Positions 1 through 8,478 of a DNA stretch of 24,620 nucleotides are shown here, piece by piece. The position numbers were made by a program, and so were the translations under genes. Within the stretch, counting starts at the first letter, position 1. Each line of letters begins with the position of its first letter. The stretch comes from Candidatus Hodarchaeum mangrovi (GTDB lineage: Archaea > Asgardarchaeota > Heimdallarchaeia > Hodarchaeales > Hodarchaeaceae), in contig JAEOUE010000083.1 of assembly GCA_016839515.1 (NCBI GenBank), positions 1 to 24,620 of the forward strand, given 5' to 3'. The notes beneath the pieces are model-generated. The model saw only the letters and a list, made by a program, of their open reading frames with translations, was not told where the DNA came from and ran no database searches.

Positions 1-255
1 GTCTCCAAATCCAAGATCTCTAGATTGAACTTCAACTCGGCTGTCAATCCATCCTGTAGAATCAACCCATACCCAAGCTGACTCCCATAAATCAGTATAT
101 AATTCTAATGACACTTCATGCGTTATTGGAATTTCCTGAATTGATTTTGAAGTGGAAATTGGTGTCATCTGTAATGTAGTTGATATAATTACGTATGAAA
201 GAAGCAGAAGACAAAAAGAAGGGATTTTCAGCATTTTTATTCCTATCTTTTTCAT
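1..255 (-). CDS. Partial (runs off left edge) putative secreted or surface protein
   Basis: Hand translation from ATG at 255 gives MKKIGIKMLKIPSFCLLLLSYVIISTTLQMTPISTSKSIQEIPITHEVSLELYTDLWESAWVWVDSTGWIDSRVEVQSRDLGFGD, open to position 1. Basic N-terminus plus hydrophobic stretch resembles a signal peptide. GGAG lies upstream (267-270). Not in the supplied ORF track. Confidence 0.7.
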   Translation of the reverse strand, partial: MKKIGIKMLKIPSFCLLLLSYVIISTTLQMTPISTSKSIQEIPITHEVSLELYTDLWESAWVWVDSTGWIDSRVEVQSRDLGFGD

Positions 256-441
256 ACTAAATCTTTCTCCATTTTATTTCGATAACTTTACAAGTCTTAA
301 CTTATTTTGGGAGTAAAACGTATTGATAAAAGTTGCTATTTTACTATTAAAAATATAAAATAGTGCATATAGTTATCTATAGGAGGTATTGAGAAAAAAT
401 CCTGTTAATATAATATCATTTGGCCACAATAAATTAAGGAA

Positions 442-846
442 GTGTTCCCTACTACTATGATACATACTACAATTGACAATTTGATTCAACACGAAGCGAT
501 CTCGTTCTCTATCGATTCATCCGAAACCCTTAATGCTTCTATTGACAAGGTTATCAACTCCCTTGACAAAACAGTAGAGTTGCTTGCCTTATCAGGTTCT
601 GCTGTATTCATTCTAACCCACAAAGGCCAAGGGTTTTCAGTCTCTGAAATTAATGCTCTCTCGACTCGTTCAGGTAGCAAAAAGAACCTGAGTTGTAAGG
701 ATTTAACCTCTCAAAGTTTTATCGACCTCAATTGGTTTGCTGTACTGGATTCAATGACATATTCGCGCTGTTGGCCGCCAATGCAACAACAGGATACTGG
801 AACTCAGTATAAATCATCTCATAAAATTCAAAGTTTTCTATGTTGA
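442..846 (+). pseudogene. Erythromycin-esterase-family (EreA/EreB-like) remnant with a large in-frame internal deletion
   Basis: The N-terminal part (HTTIDNLIQHEAISFSIDS...SLDKTVELL) and the C-terminal part (FILTHKGQG...STRSGSKKN...QSFIDLNWFAVLDSMTYSR) match my recollection of the two ends of ~430-aa erythromycin-esterase-family proteins. The GExxHG motif that should follow VELL and the whole core are absent. Alternative ATG at 457. Confidence 0.6.
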
Positions 847-853
847 ACCTAAC

Positions 854-865
854 AATCCTTATATA
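854..865 (+). promoter_or_regulatory. Putative archaeal BRE/TATA box (AATCCTTATATA)
   Basis: TTATATA preceded by an A-rich stretch about 48 nt upstream of the TTG at 913. GGTGA RBS at 903-907. Confidence 0.5.
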
Positions 866-912
866 GGTTTGAGAAGTCTATAAATAAACTAAATTAGTAT
901 ATGGTGAATTGA

Positions 913-1608
913 TTGCCAGTGGATAGCAATTATGATACTTTAATTTTCGATCTTGATGGAACATTGCATGATTCTAAAACATTAGTTCTTAAGGTTCATG
1001 AGACTTGTGTGACAGAATTGTCCTTTAAAATTAGCAAGGAAATATTTCTAGGGCTTTTTGGTAAACCTATTCATGAGGTTCGAAAAGAATTATCAGTAAT
1101 ATTAACTAATGAACAAATTTCTACATTCCTCGACTGTTATTTTACGAAATTATTAAAGATAGTCAATCAAGGACAAACCTGCCTTTTCCCTGGATCTGTT
1201 GAAGTGTTAGATAATTTAAAAGTAGCAGGTTGGAAATTAGCTATTTGCACAAATGTGCATACTCCTTTTATTAAGATTTATCGTGAAATTTTCGACCTTG
1301 ATAAGTGGTTTTCAGGAGAGGGTACTTCAATCTATTGGTCAGGAAAATCAGAACAAGAAAATGAAACCAAAGAATGGATGATTCAGCAAATATTAGAAGA
1401 ATTGGACTCGAAGGCAGCCATAATGGTTGGAGACCGTAAAGTGGATATTGATGCTGCACGGAAAAATAACATCGCAAGTATAGGATGCCTATATGGATTT
1501 GGTACAAAAGATGAATTGAAAGAGGCAGATTATTTCATAAATAACATTATAGAATTACCTACATTATTAAATGAAATAAATCTTAGAAAAAAGGTCACAT
1601 TAGATTGA
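913..1608 (+). CDS. HAD-family phosphatase (Gph/PGPase-like, subfamily IA)
   Basis: Motif I FDLDGT, motif II CTN, motif III K (ETKEW), motif IV GDRKVD, and GCLYGFG. TTG start. 3' end overlaps the convergent gene by 9 nt. Confidence 0.9.
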   Translation: MPVDSNYDTLIFDLDGTLHDSKTLVLKVHETCVTELSFKISKEIFLGLFGKPIHEVRKELSVILTNEQISTFLDCYFTKLLKIVNQGQTCLFPGSVEVLDNLKVAGWKLAICTNVHTPFIKIYREIFDLDKWFSGEGTSIYWSGKSEQENETKEWMIQQILEELDSKAAIMVGDRKVDIDAARKNNIASIGCLYGFGTKDELKEADYFINNIIELPTLLNEINLRKKVTLD

Positions 1609-2640
1609 AATCCCTTTTTTAAGTTTCTCGATTGTGTAAATAATATCAGTGTCTTCAATATCAGATGAAATATAGAATCGAAGTCCGTTTTTTCCTAAAG
1701 GAGCAATAAGAATATTTTCTTTCTCCAGAAACTTTAGGAGTGATAATCGATTTACCTCCTTTCCTAAATATGCGAGAACCATATTCGTTTGTACAGCTAA
1801 AAGATCTACATTAATACCAGAAATCTCATTAATTTCTTTAGCTAATCGTTTTGCCTTTTGATGATCGATTAAAAGTCGTGAATATAAATTTGGATCTTTT
1901 AATGCAACCAATCCACAAGCAGATAACCAACCAATTTTACGCATACCACCACCCAACATTTTTCGAAACCTGATTGCTTTTAGTATAAAATCTCTTGAAC
2001 CACATAACATTGATCCTACAGGGGCTCCCAAACCTTTCGAAAGAGAGAACATAACTGAATCAACATACTGGCTAAATGCTTTAACAGTCACGTCTGAATA
2101 AACTGCTGCATTGAATAACCGTGCTCCATCTAGGTGGATAGGAAGATGATATTTTTCAGATATTTCTCGGATTTCTTTAAATCGTTCAATAGGAACAACA
2201 ATACCTCCATATCGATAATGTGTATTCTCGAGGCATATTAAAGACGTTTTTGGATAATGTTGATCATATGGACGTATTGCTGATTCAATTTCTTGAGCTT
2301 TTGGAGCTCCATCCTGACTTCTGATTGTTTTCAACATAAGCCCAGCTACTGCTGCTGCACCACCTGTTTCAGAGGTACAGATATGGCTATTTTCCTCTAA
2401 AATTACTTCTTCTCCACGTTGAGTATGAGATAACAATGCAACAAGATTTCCCATAACACCACTAGGAAGGAATATTGCGCTCTCCTTCCCCAAAATTTTC
2501 GCAGCATATTCTTCCAGTTCTAAAGTTTTCGGATCTAAGTTATAAACAGCATCTCCTAAAGGAGATTTGAATGCTACCTCCATCATTTCAATACTTGGAG
2601 AAATATTAGTATCTGTTCGAAAATCAATTAGTTTTTGCAT
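1600..2640 (-). CDS. ltaE: Low-specificity L-threonine aldolase family PLP enzyme (deviant motifs)
   Basis: IDFRTDT, FLPSGVMGN, SHI..SE.GG, LENTH, HLDGARLFNA, PLP lysine in SLSKGLGAP, RKMLGGGMR, VQTNMV. Confidence 0.85.
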   Translation of the reverse strand: MQKLIDFRTDTNISPSIEMMEVAFKSPLGDAVYNLDPKTLELEEYAAKILGKESAIFLPSGVMGNLVALLSHTQRGEEVILEENSHICTSETGGAAAVAGLMLKTIRSQDGAPKAQEIESAIRPYDQHYPKTSLICLENTHYRYGGIVVPIERFKEIREISEKYHLPIHLDGARLFNAAVYSDVTVKAFSQYVDSVMFSLSKGLGAPVGSMLCGSRDFILKAIRFRKMLGGGMRKIGWLSACGLVALKDPNLYSRLLIDHQKAKRLAKEINEISGINVDLLAVQTNMVLAYLGKEVNRLSLLKFLEKENILIAPLGKNGLRFYISSDIEDTDIIYTIEKLKKGISI

Positions 2641-2860
2641 CTTCTAAGTCCCTACTAAGAACCAAAAAGAAATAATATAATTCTCGAATTATTTAATCAG
2701 GTCTTTTTCAGAAAAAACTTCCTTTGATAGTTTAGGAAATTTACTTGATAAATTTTGCAAAAAAAATGTTTTATGAGGATAGGAATCATTTCATCTGGTT
2801 AAAAATTGAATTTGATAGACACTATTTTAGCATTTTTAAAACAATTTAGGTGAAAATACA

Positions 2861-4189
2861 GTGAGAGAATTTAAAAGTGGAGTAGGTTTAGCAGATATAA
2901 CTCCACCAGTTGGATTACCAATGATGGGTTATTCTGAAAAAGAAAGAGATGTTGGAAATACTGGTATTCACGACCCATTGTATGCTAAAGCCCTTGTGCT
3001 TTCAGATGGAGATTGTAAAATAGCTATTGTCAATTGTGATCTTGCAGGTTTCGATCTTGAGTTATCGCAAAAAATTCAGAATTTAGTTGAATCAAATTCA
3101 GATATTCTTGGAAGAAATGTCTTACTTGGCTGCACACATACTCACTGCGGTCCAATAGGAACTATTCAAGATCAACGTTTGGAACCCTTACTCGAACGAT
3201 TTAAACCTTATTTCTCTTTTGTACAGCATTTACGAGAGGTTTATGCTTGGCAAATTGCTGGAACGGTTATCGAAGCAAATAATAGACTTACAAAGTCAAA
3301 AATAGGGACAGAGCCAGGAAATTTAAAATCAGGAGCAATTTGTACGAATCGAAATAATCCTGAGGGCCCGATGGATCCAGAGGTTCTAGTTATGAGAACT
3401 GATTCTCATCTGATGGCACCACAAGCAATATTAGCGAATTATTCCTGTCACCCTACTGTCATTAGTTACAAATCTATGGAAATTAGTGCTGATTATCCCG
3501 GATATGCAATGAAGTTTGTCGAACAGGCATTTCCTGGAACACAAGCTATGTACTCAAATGGGGCTGAAGGAGATATTAGTACTAGGTGGAGTCGACGCGA
3601 ACAGACATTTAAGGAAGCAGAAAGGATAGGAAGAATTTTTGCGTCAGAGATAGTAAAAACTGCTGCTCAGATAGAGACTAAAGAAGAAGTTACAATAAAA
3701 GCAATTTCAAAAGAAATTGAACTACCACTGAAAAAATTACCAAATTTAGAAGAGGCTAAAAAAATCGTTGAAGAGAAAACTAAAGAGCTTAATAAGCTAA
3801 AACAGGAAGGTGCATCTCATGGTGCATATCGTCGGGCATACACCACCTACCTTGGATCTACATTTCAATTGGAATATGTTAAAGCAGGCGCTCTGAAGTC
3901 AATGGGAGGTAAAATTAAAACATTTATTCAAGCATTTTCAGTTAATGATACTGGAATTGTGTCCATACCTGGAGAAATGTTTACTAATCTTCAATTAAAG
4001 ATTAAAAAGAGTTCCCCCTTTGACAAGACCTTTGTTATTGGACTAGCGAATGATTATATCGGGTACATTCTTGATAGTGAAATTTATGATAAAAATATTT
4101 ATGAATCATGGACCACAATTTTAGCTAGAAATGCAGGAGATCAATTAACTGACGAATCATTAAAACTATTAGCTTCATTGAATGAATGA
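2861..4189 (+). CDS. Neutral/alkaline non-lysosomal ceramidase-family metal amidohydrolase (copy 1)
   Basis: DITPP..PMMGY, GIHDPLYAKAL, THTHCGP, NYSCHPT, ISADYPG, NGAEGDIS, PGEMF, GLANDYIGY, YE. GTG start with AGGTGA RBS. No signal peptide. Confidence 0.85.
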   Translation: MREFKSGVGLADITPPVGLPMMGYSEKERDVGNTGIHDPLYAKALVLSDGDCKIAIVNCDLAGFDLELSQKIQNLVESNSDILGRNVLLGCTHTHCGPIGTIQDQRLEPLLERFKPYFSFVQHLREVYAWQIAGTVIEANNRLTKSKIGTEPGNLKSGAICTNRNNPEGPMDPEVLVMRTDSHLMAPQAILANYSCHPTVISYKSMEISADYPGYAMKFVEQAFPGTQAMYSNGAEGDISTRWSRREQTFKEAERIGRIFASEIVKTAAQIETKEEVTIKAISKEIELPLKKLPNLEEAKKIVEEKTKELNKLKQEGASHGAYRRAYTTYLGSTFQLEYVKAGALKSMGGKIKTFIQAFSVNDTGIVSIPGEMFTNLQLKIKKSSPFDKTFVIGLANDYIGYILDSEIYDKNIYESWTTILARNAGDQLTDESLKLLASLNE

Positions 4190-4193
4190 AAAA

Positions 4194-4874
4194 TTAATTT
4201 CTTTTTTTTAATTTCTTTAGTATATCTGGTAGTTGAAGAATGTCCGTAATGGTATAATCAGCTAATTTGGCTTCGTCTGGTGCAAATCCGTATAAACATC
4301 CAATACTAACAAGGTTATTTTCTTTTGCAGCTATAATATCATGTCTATGATCCCCAATGACAACAGCTTGCCTTGTTTTAAAGGATTTTAAGATTTGTTG
4401 AATCATCCATCCTTTCGACTTATCAGGGTATAACCCAATCCAATAGAATTCATCAAAATAATCATTGAGGTTATACATTGTTCTGATTTTTTCAAGATAA
4501 TGTGTTGGAGCATTTGTGCAGATAGCCATATTCCATTTTTCTCCCCTAAGTTGCCTGAGAACCTGTACTGTATTTGGAAATAAAGCACCTTCTTCCATTC
4601 CAACTTGCTTAATAAATTCCTGTTCTACACAATCAAGGAGAATATCAGCATTTTTCCTTCCAAATTCTAATGCTAAATTCTCAGAAAACTCTGAATTGCT
4701 TGTCCCAATTTGTTTCACGACAAAAAGTATGTCGTCCTCAGTAAAATTTGTATTCCATGTATCATTTAGTCTTTTGAAACATTTTCTATATACTGGAAAG
4801 ATAAATCGGCTAGTATCAATCAGAGTTCCGTCTAAATCAAAAATTAAGGTATTTAGCTGACTTTCTTCTGACAT
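4194..4874 (-). CDS. HAD-family phosphatase (paralogue of 913..1608)
   Basis: TLIFDLDGTL, LFP, AICTN, KGWMIQQIL, GDHRHD, SIGCLYGF. AGAGG RBS upstream. Confidence 0.9.
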   Translation of the reverse strand: MSEESQLNTLIFDLDGTLIDTSRFIFPVYRKCFKRLNDTWNTNFTEDDILFVVKQIGTSNSEFSENLALEFGRKNADILLDCVEQEFIKQVGMEEGALFPNTVQVLRQLRGEKWNMAICTNAPTHYLEKIRTMYNLNDYFDEFYWIGLYPDKSKGWMIQQILKSFKTRQAVVIGDHRHDIIAAKENNLVSIGCLYGFAPDEAKLADYTITDILQLPDILKKLKKRN

Positions 4875-4985
4875 AAATGAACCTCTAAAGTGTAAAAATT
4901 TTAATTAACATAAATGATTCATGGATATCAACTAAAGATATAGTTTTGAGATTAGATGTGAATACTTGGAGAAATAATTTGAATT

Positions 4986-5774
4986 TCAAAGCTTATCAAT
5001 GATTTCGTTTACACTAGCCCCTTCATGAACAATTTTACAGGCAGCTTCTATCATTTTTCTTGGGTTCTTCCTTTGCCAAAGATTTCGACCAATACATATT
5101 CCAGCGCCTCCTCCTTTCATCGCTCCTTCTATTGTTAACATTACATCCTTATCAGTACCCATTGTTTCCCCACCTGCGATTACAACAGGAACAAGTGCCG
5201 TTGAAGTCACTTCTCGAAACGTTTCAGGAGAACCTGTATAATTTGTTTTAATCAAATCAGCCCCTAATTCAGATGCTATTCTAGCAACAAATTTAACATT
5301 TTCTGAGCTGTATGGATCAACCATTTTTGCTCCTGCTGGTAGAAATTCTCCAAGTAAGGGGATTCCATATTCTTGACATTCTTCATTAACTTTTCCAAAT
5401 TCACTAATACCCTCTAAATCATACAGTCCTCCAATGTTTACCGTAAATGCGATGGCATCAATACCTAATTTAATTACATTTGAAACTGAGGAAATTACAG
5501 GTTCATATGGGAATATTTCACTTTTTACATTAGTATTTGTTATTCTAAGGATGATTGATAATTCTCCAAGGAGGTTAGTAGGAATAAACCGCATAATACC
5601 TGGATTAATAAGAATAGCATCAGCCCCTCCTTCATGAGCAGCTATAATCGTCTGTTCAATGTTTTCAATGCCATTAATTGGCCCCATGTATGCTCCATGA
5701 TCCATAGGAACTATTACGATTTTTTTTGAGGATTTATCAAACAAACGATTTAACCTAATTTTCTTTCCAATCAT
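4986..5774 (-). CDS. DhnA-type (archaeal class IA) aldolase family protein
   Basis: MIGKKIRLNR, VPMDHG, GADA, Schiff-base lysine in GADLIKTNY, PVVIAGG, GICIGRNLWQ. Confidence 0.9.
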   Translation of the reverse strand: MIGKKIRLNRLFDKSSKKIVIVPMDHGAYMGPINGIENIEQTIIAAHEGGADAILINPGIMRFIPTNLLGELSIILRITNTNVKSEIFPYEPVISSVSNVIKLGIDAIAFTVNIGGLYDLEGISEFGKVNEECQEYGIPLLGEFLPAGAKMVDPYSSENVKFVARIASELGADLIKTNYTGSPETFREVTSTALVPVVIAGGETMGTDKDVMLTIEGAMKGGGAGICIGRNLWQRKNPRKMIEAACKIVHEGASVNEIIDKL

Positions 5775-6131
5775 TTTTCATTTACCTTCTTATTGGAATG
5801 CTTTTATTAAAATTAAATTTAGTGATATGAAGATAATCTTTTTGTTACTAATTCTTAGAACAAAATAATTTTTTTATGAGAATTAATATCTTTTCTGATG
5901 GAAGTTAGCACAAGAGAGAGAAGGAGAAATACCTAAATTTTTTATTTCAAGATTTACTTAAACTGAAAAAGGATTAGGGATATTACAATTCTCCTTTATT
6001 AATGTGCAACATCATCTGTATTGATGTTATATAATATTAAGAAAAAATTGGAATATTATGCTTTTAACAAAAATTTAAAAATTCGGATATGGTAAAATTT
6101 TTCTCATCTTGAAAAGGGAGTCATTTTACAG

Positions 6132-6449
6132 ATGAAAATCCAAAATAGAGATTCCCATAATCAAAGCAATACTATATTCGATATAGTACTTCACTTTGGG
6201 ATTGTGTTTACATTTAGCATAATATCGAGTGGTGTAATCTATATCTGGACTGAATCATTAATAGGGTTTCTTTTTGTAGGTATAACATCATTATTTTGGG
6301 GAATTAGTTCAATAATTATGTCTCGTTTTAACCCCGAAACTGCAAAATACTTTATATATAACAAAAAGTGGATTCATCAGGGGTATTTTTACATTCTTGA
6401 TGGAATTATCCTAATTTTATTAAGTGTTATACTTCTTGTCCTACAATAG
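6132..6449 (+). CDS. Small hypothetical membrane protein (about 3 TM helices)
   Basis: ATG start with GGGAG upstream. Three hydrophobic stretches. No recognisable family. Confidence 0.6.
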   Translation: MKIQNRDSHNQSNTIFDIVLHFGIVFTFSIISSGVIYIWTESLIGFLFVGITSLFWGISSIIMSRFNPETAKYFIYNKKWIHQGYFYILDGIILILLSVILLVLQ

Positions 6450-6569
6450 TCGATTTGAATAAAATATCCCTTTTTTCATATTAATTACAAAAATTAGAGA
6501 ATTTCTTATTAGTGAATTTTCATTTGTAAATATTTAATTCTAGATAAGAAATTTCAACTTTTATCAACA

Positions 6570-6584
6570 GAAAACATTTAATAA
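6570..6584 (+). promoter_or_regulatory. Putative BRE/TATA of the IIC-IID operon (GAAAACA TTTAATAA)
   Basis: Purine-rich heptamer followed by TTTAATAA, about 20 nt upstream of a perfect inverted repeat. Confidence 0.4.
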
Positions 6585-6603
6585 CAAAATATAGCGTGAA
6601 TTG

Positions 6604-6629
6604 TGTTCTTTTGCTAAAACAAAAGAACA
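6604..6629. promoter_or_regulatory. Perfect 10-bp inverted repeat TGTTCTTTTG-N6-CAAAAGAACA (candidate operator or leader hairpin)
   Basis: Read directly: arms 6604-6613 and 6620-6629, upstream of PTS IIC. Function is inferred. Confidence 0.55.
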
Positions 6630-6641
6630 AAGACAGTCTCG

Positions 6642-6691
6642 TTTTCTTCATTAAATTTTCGTAGTTCTAACCTCAAAAATGATGAAGAAAA
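6642..6691. repeat. Second inverted repeat TTTTCTTCAT-N30-ATGAAGAAAA upstream of IIC
   Basis: Arms 6642-6651 and 6682-6691 are perfectly complementary and extend by one G-U and one A-U pair. Confidence 0.45.
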
Positions 6692-6741
6692 ATAAAAGTT
6701 GAAATAATACCAAAAATAAGAATATTAGAGGAGTTAACGAT

Positions 6742-7515
6742 ATGGATCTTATTCCAACAATTTTGATTTTAATAATAGCTTTTATAGTAGGCATCGAAGG
6801 TTGGTTCGGCAGTCCATTTGTATTATGGAGCCCTCTTATTAACTCTACTCTTGTAGGAATTGCCTTAGGTGATCCTGCAGCTGGAGTATATATCGGATCA
6901 ATTCTTACCGTTGTCTACTTTGGAGTTGTTCAAATTGGTGCCTCTGCCCCCCCTGATCAAAGCGTAGCTGGAATGGTTGGCGCTGCTGTTTTTATCGAAG
7001 CAGGTGGAGTAGTTGGTGGAGATTTGACGGTTGGTTTAGCTGTCGCAACAGCTGCTGCAATATTGGGGACATACTTCAACATTGCTACCCAAACAATTAA
7101 CACTGTTTGGGTTCATCTTGCGGATGGTGCAGCTGAGAAAGGTGCTACTGGAAGAATCCAACTATACAATGCATTAGGATTGCCTGTTTTCGGAACATTT
7201 AAAGCAGCTTCTGTAGCTGTTTGGCTAATTCTTGCTGACGATATAATAAACTTCGTGAATGGACTTCCAGCTTGGATATTCAACGGATTGTCCGCAGCTG
7301 GTGGTTTGTTGACATGTCTTGGTATTGGTATATTAATTAGCATGATGTGGCGCCGAGATTTAGTTCCATGGTTTATAATTGGATTTACATTTGCATCATA
7401 TGTCTTTTGGGGAACTGCATTCAATCTTGTTGCAAGTACATTGGCTATCGCTGGTCTGATCGCAGCTTTCTATTGGGCACGAACACAACCAAGTGCTCCA
7501 GCTAAAGGAGGTTAA
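6742..7515 (+). CDS. PTS mannose/fructose/sorbose-family IIC component
   Basis: PLINSTLVGIALGD, IGASAPPD, VHLAD..AEKG, PAWIFNGLSAAGGLL..LGIGIL, PWFIIGF. Highly hydrophobic. GAGGAG RBS. Confidence 0.93.
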   Translation: MDLIPTILILIIAFIVGIEGWFGSPFVLWSPLINSTLVGIALGDPAAGVYIGSILTVVYFGVVQIGASAPPDQSVAGMVGAAVFIEAGGVVGGDLTVGLAVATAAAILGTYFNIATQTINTVWVHLADGAAEKGATGRIQLYNALGLPVFGTFKAASVAVWLILADDIINFVNGLPAWIFNGLSAAGGLLTCLGIGILISMMWRRDLVPWFIIGFTFASYVFWGTAFNLVASTLAIAGLIAAFYWARTQPSAPAKGG

Positions 7516-7518
7516 AAA

Positions 7519-8370
7519 ATGGCAGACAAACCTGTTTATCCACTATTTAAATTATTCTGGAGAACCTGGCCTCTACAATGGACACTTAACTATGAACGAA
7601 TGGAAGCATTAGGCTACTGTTTTGCCATGATTCCTGTTCTACAGAAATTATATAAAGGCGAAGAATTAAATGAATGGTTGAAACTGCACCTTGAGTTTTA
7701 TAATACAACACCATATACTCATCCTCTCATTCTTGGGATAGATGTTGCACTTGAAGAACAAGGAGCTACAAAAGATACAGTTCGTGCAGTAAAAACTGGA
7801 TTGATTGGTCCTTTAGCAGGCATTGGAGATGCAGCTTATTGGTTCACCCTAGTACCAATCTGCTTTGGAATTGGTGCAAGCATTGGTAAAGATGGAAACA
7901 TCCTTGGTCCTATTATTGCTTGGGCACTCTGGATTCCACTTGCTTGGGGTTCAAAATATTGGCTTTTAATACAAGGATACAATTATGGATCAGAAATCGC
8001 TACTGCATTGCAAAGCGGCCAGATTGAACAATTCAAAACGATATTGAACGCATTTGGTTTAGGTATGGCTGGAGCTTTGACCGCAATATTTGTAAGTGTT
8101 CAAACTCCTTTGAAGCTCTATGGAGAATTCGAAGGAGAGACTGTAGTATTATTCAGCCTGCAGAGTACACTTGATTCATTTATAGGTCCAGCACTATTAT
8201 CATTGGTGTTTGTCCTGTTTACATTCTGGTTATTGCGGCGTGGATGGTCTGTTCTAAAAGTCTTTGCCATTATCTGGGTTGTCGGTTTAGTTCTCGGTGT
8301 TGTGGGAATAATTGGTGGCGGTGGACTACTCGGAGAATTTGATATACCATTCATTGGAAAGCTGAACTAG
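7519..8370 (+). CDS. PTS mannose/fructose/sorbose-family IID component
   Basis: NYERMEALG, HLEFYNT.P, ILG...ALEE, KTGLIGPLAGIGDA, GNILGP, LQSTLDS. Starts 3 nt after the IIC stop, with a GGAGG RBS. Confidence 0.95.
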   Translation: MADKPVYPLFKLFWRTWPLQWTLNYERMEALGYCFAMIPVLQKLYKGEELNEWLKLHLEFYNTTPYTHPLILGIDVALEEQGATKDTVRAVKTGLIGPLAGIGDAAYWFTLVPICFGIGASIGKDGNILGPIIAWALWIPLAWGSKYWLLIQGYNYGSEIATALQSGQIEQFKTILNAFGLGMAGALTAIFVSVQTPLKLYGEFEGETVVLFSLQSTLDSFIGPALLSLVFVLFTFWLLRRGWSVLKVFAIIWVVGLVLGVVGIIGGGGLLGEFDIPFIGKLN

Positions 8371-8376
8371 TACCCC

Positions 8377-8427
8377 CCCTATAATCTTTTTTTGATTGTA
8401 GGGATCTCTCTCCCTTTTTTTTCTTTT
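8377..8427 (+). terminator. Putative terminator after IID: hairpin(s) plus oligo-T
   Basis: Stem CCCTATAATC-T7-GATTGTAGGG (8377-8403, one G-U pair). Alternative short stem GGGA-N6-TCCC (8401-8414) followed by T8 and CT4. Confidence 0.6.
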
Positions 8428-8478
8428 ATATAAATTAATAAAATTTCTTTATTATCAATTCAGATAGCAGTTTGTGAA

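Noticed and set aside
2861-4189. True ceramidase, or sphingolipid metabolism as a eukaryote-like trait
   Set aside because: Both copies are short, cytoplasmic and embedded in sugar genes. Family membership alone does not imply ceramide as substrate.
6008-6028. AACATCA-N7-TGATGTT inverted repeat (a similar 7-bp one lies at 2677-2692)
   Set aside because: 7-bp arms in AT-rich DNA are near chance level, and I found no shared consensus between them.
6742-8370. Visibly higher GC in IIC/IID as evidence of recent horizontal transfer
   Set aside because: Explained by the Gly/Ala-rich membrane-protein composition. Not quantified.
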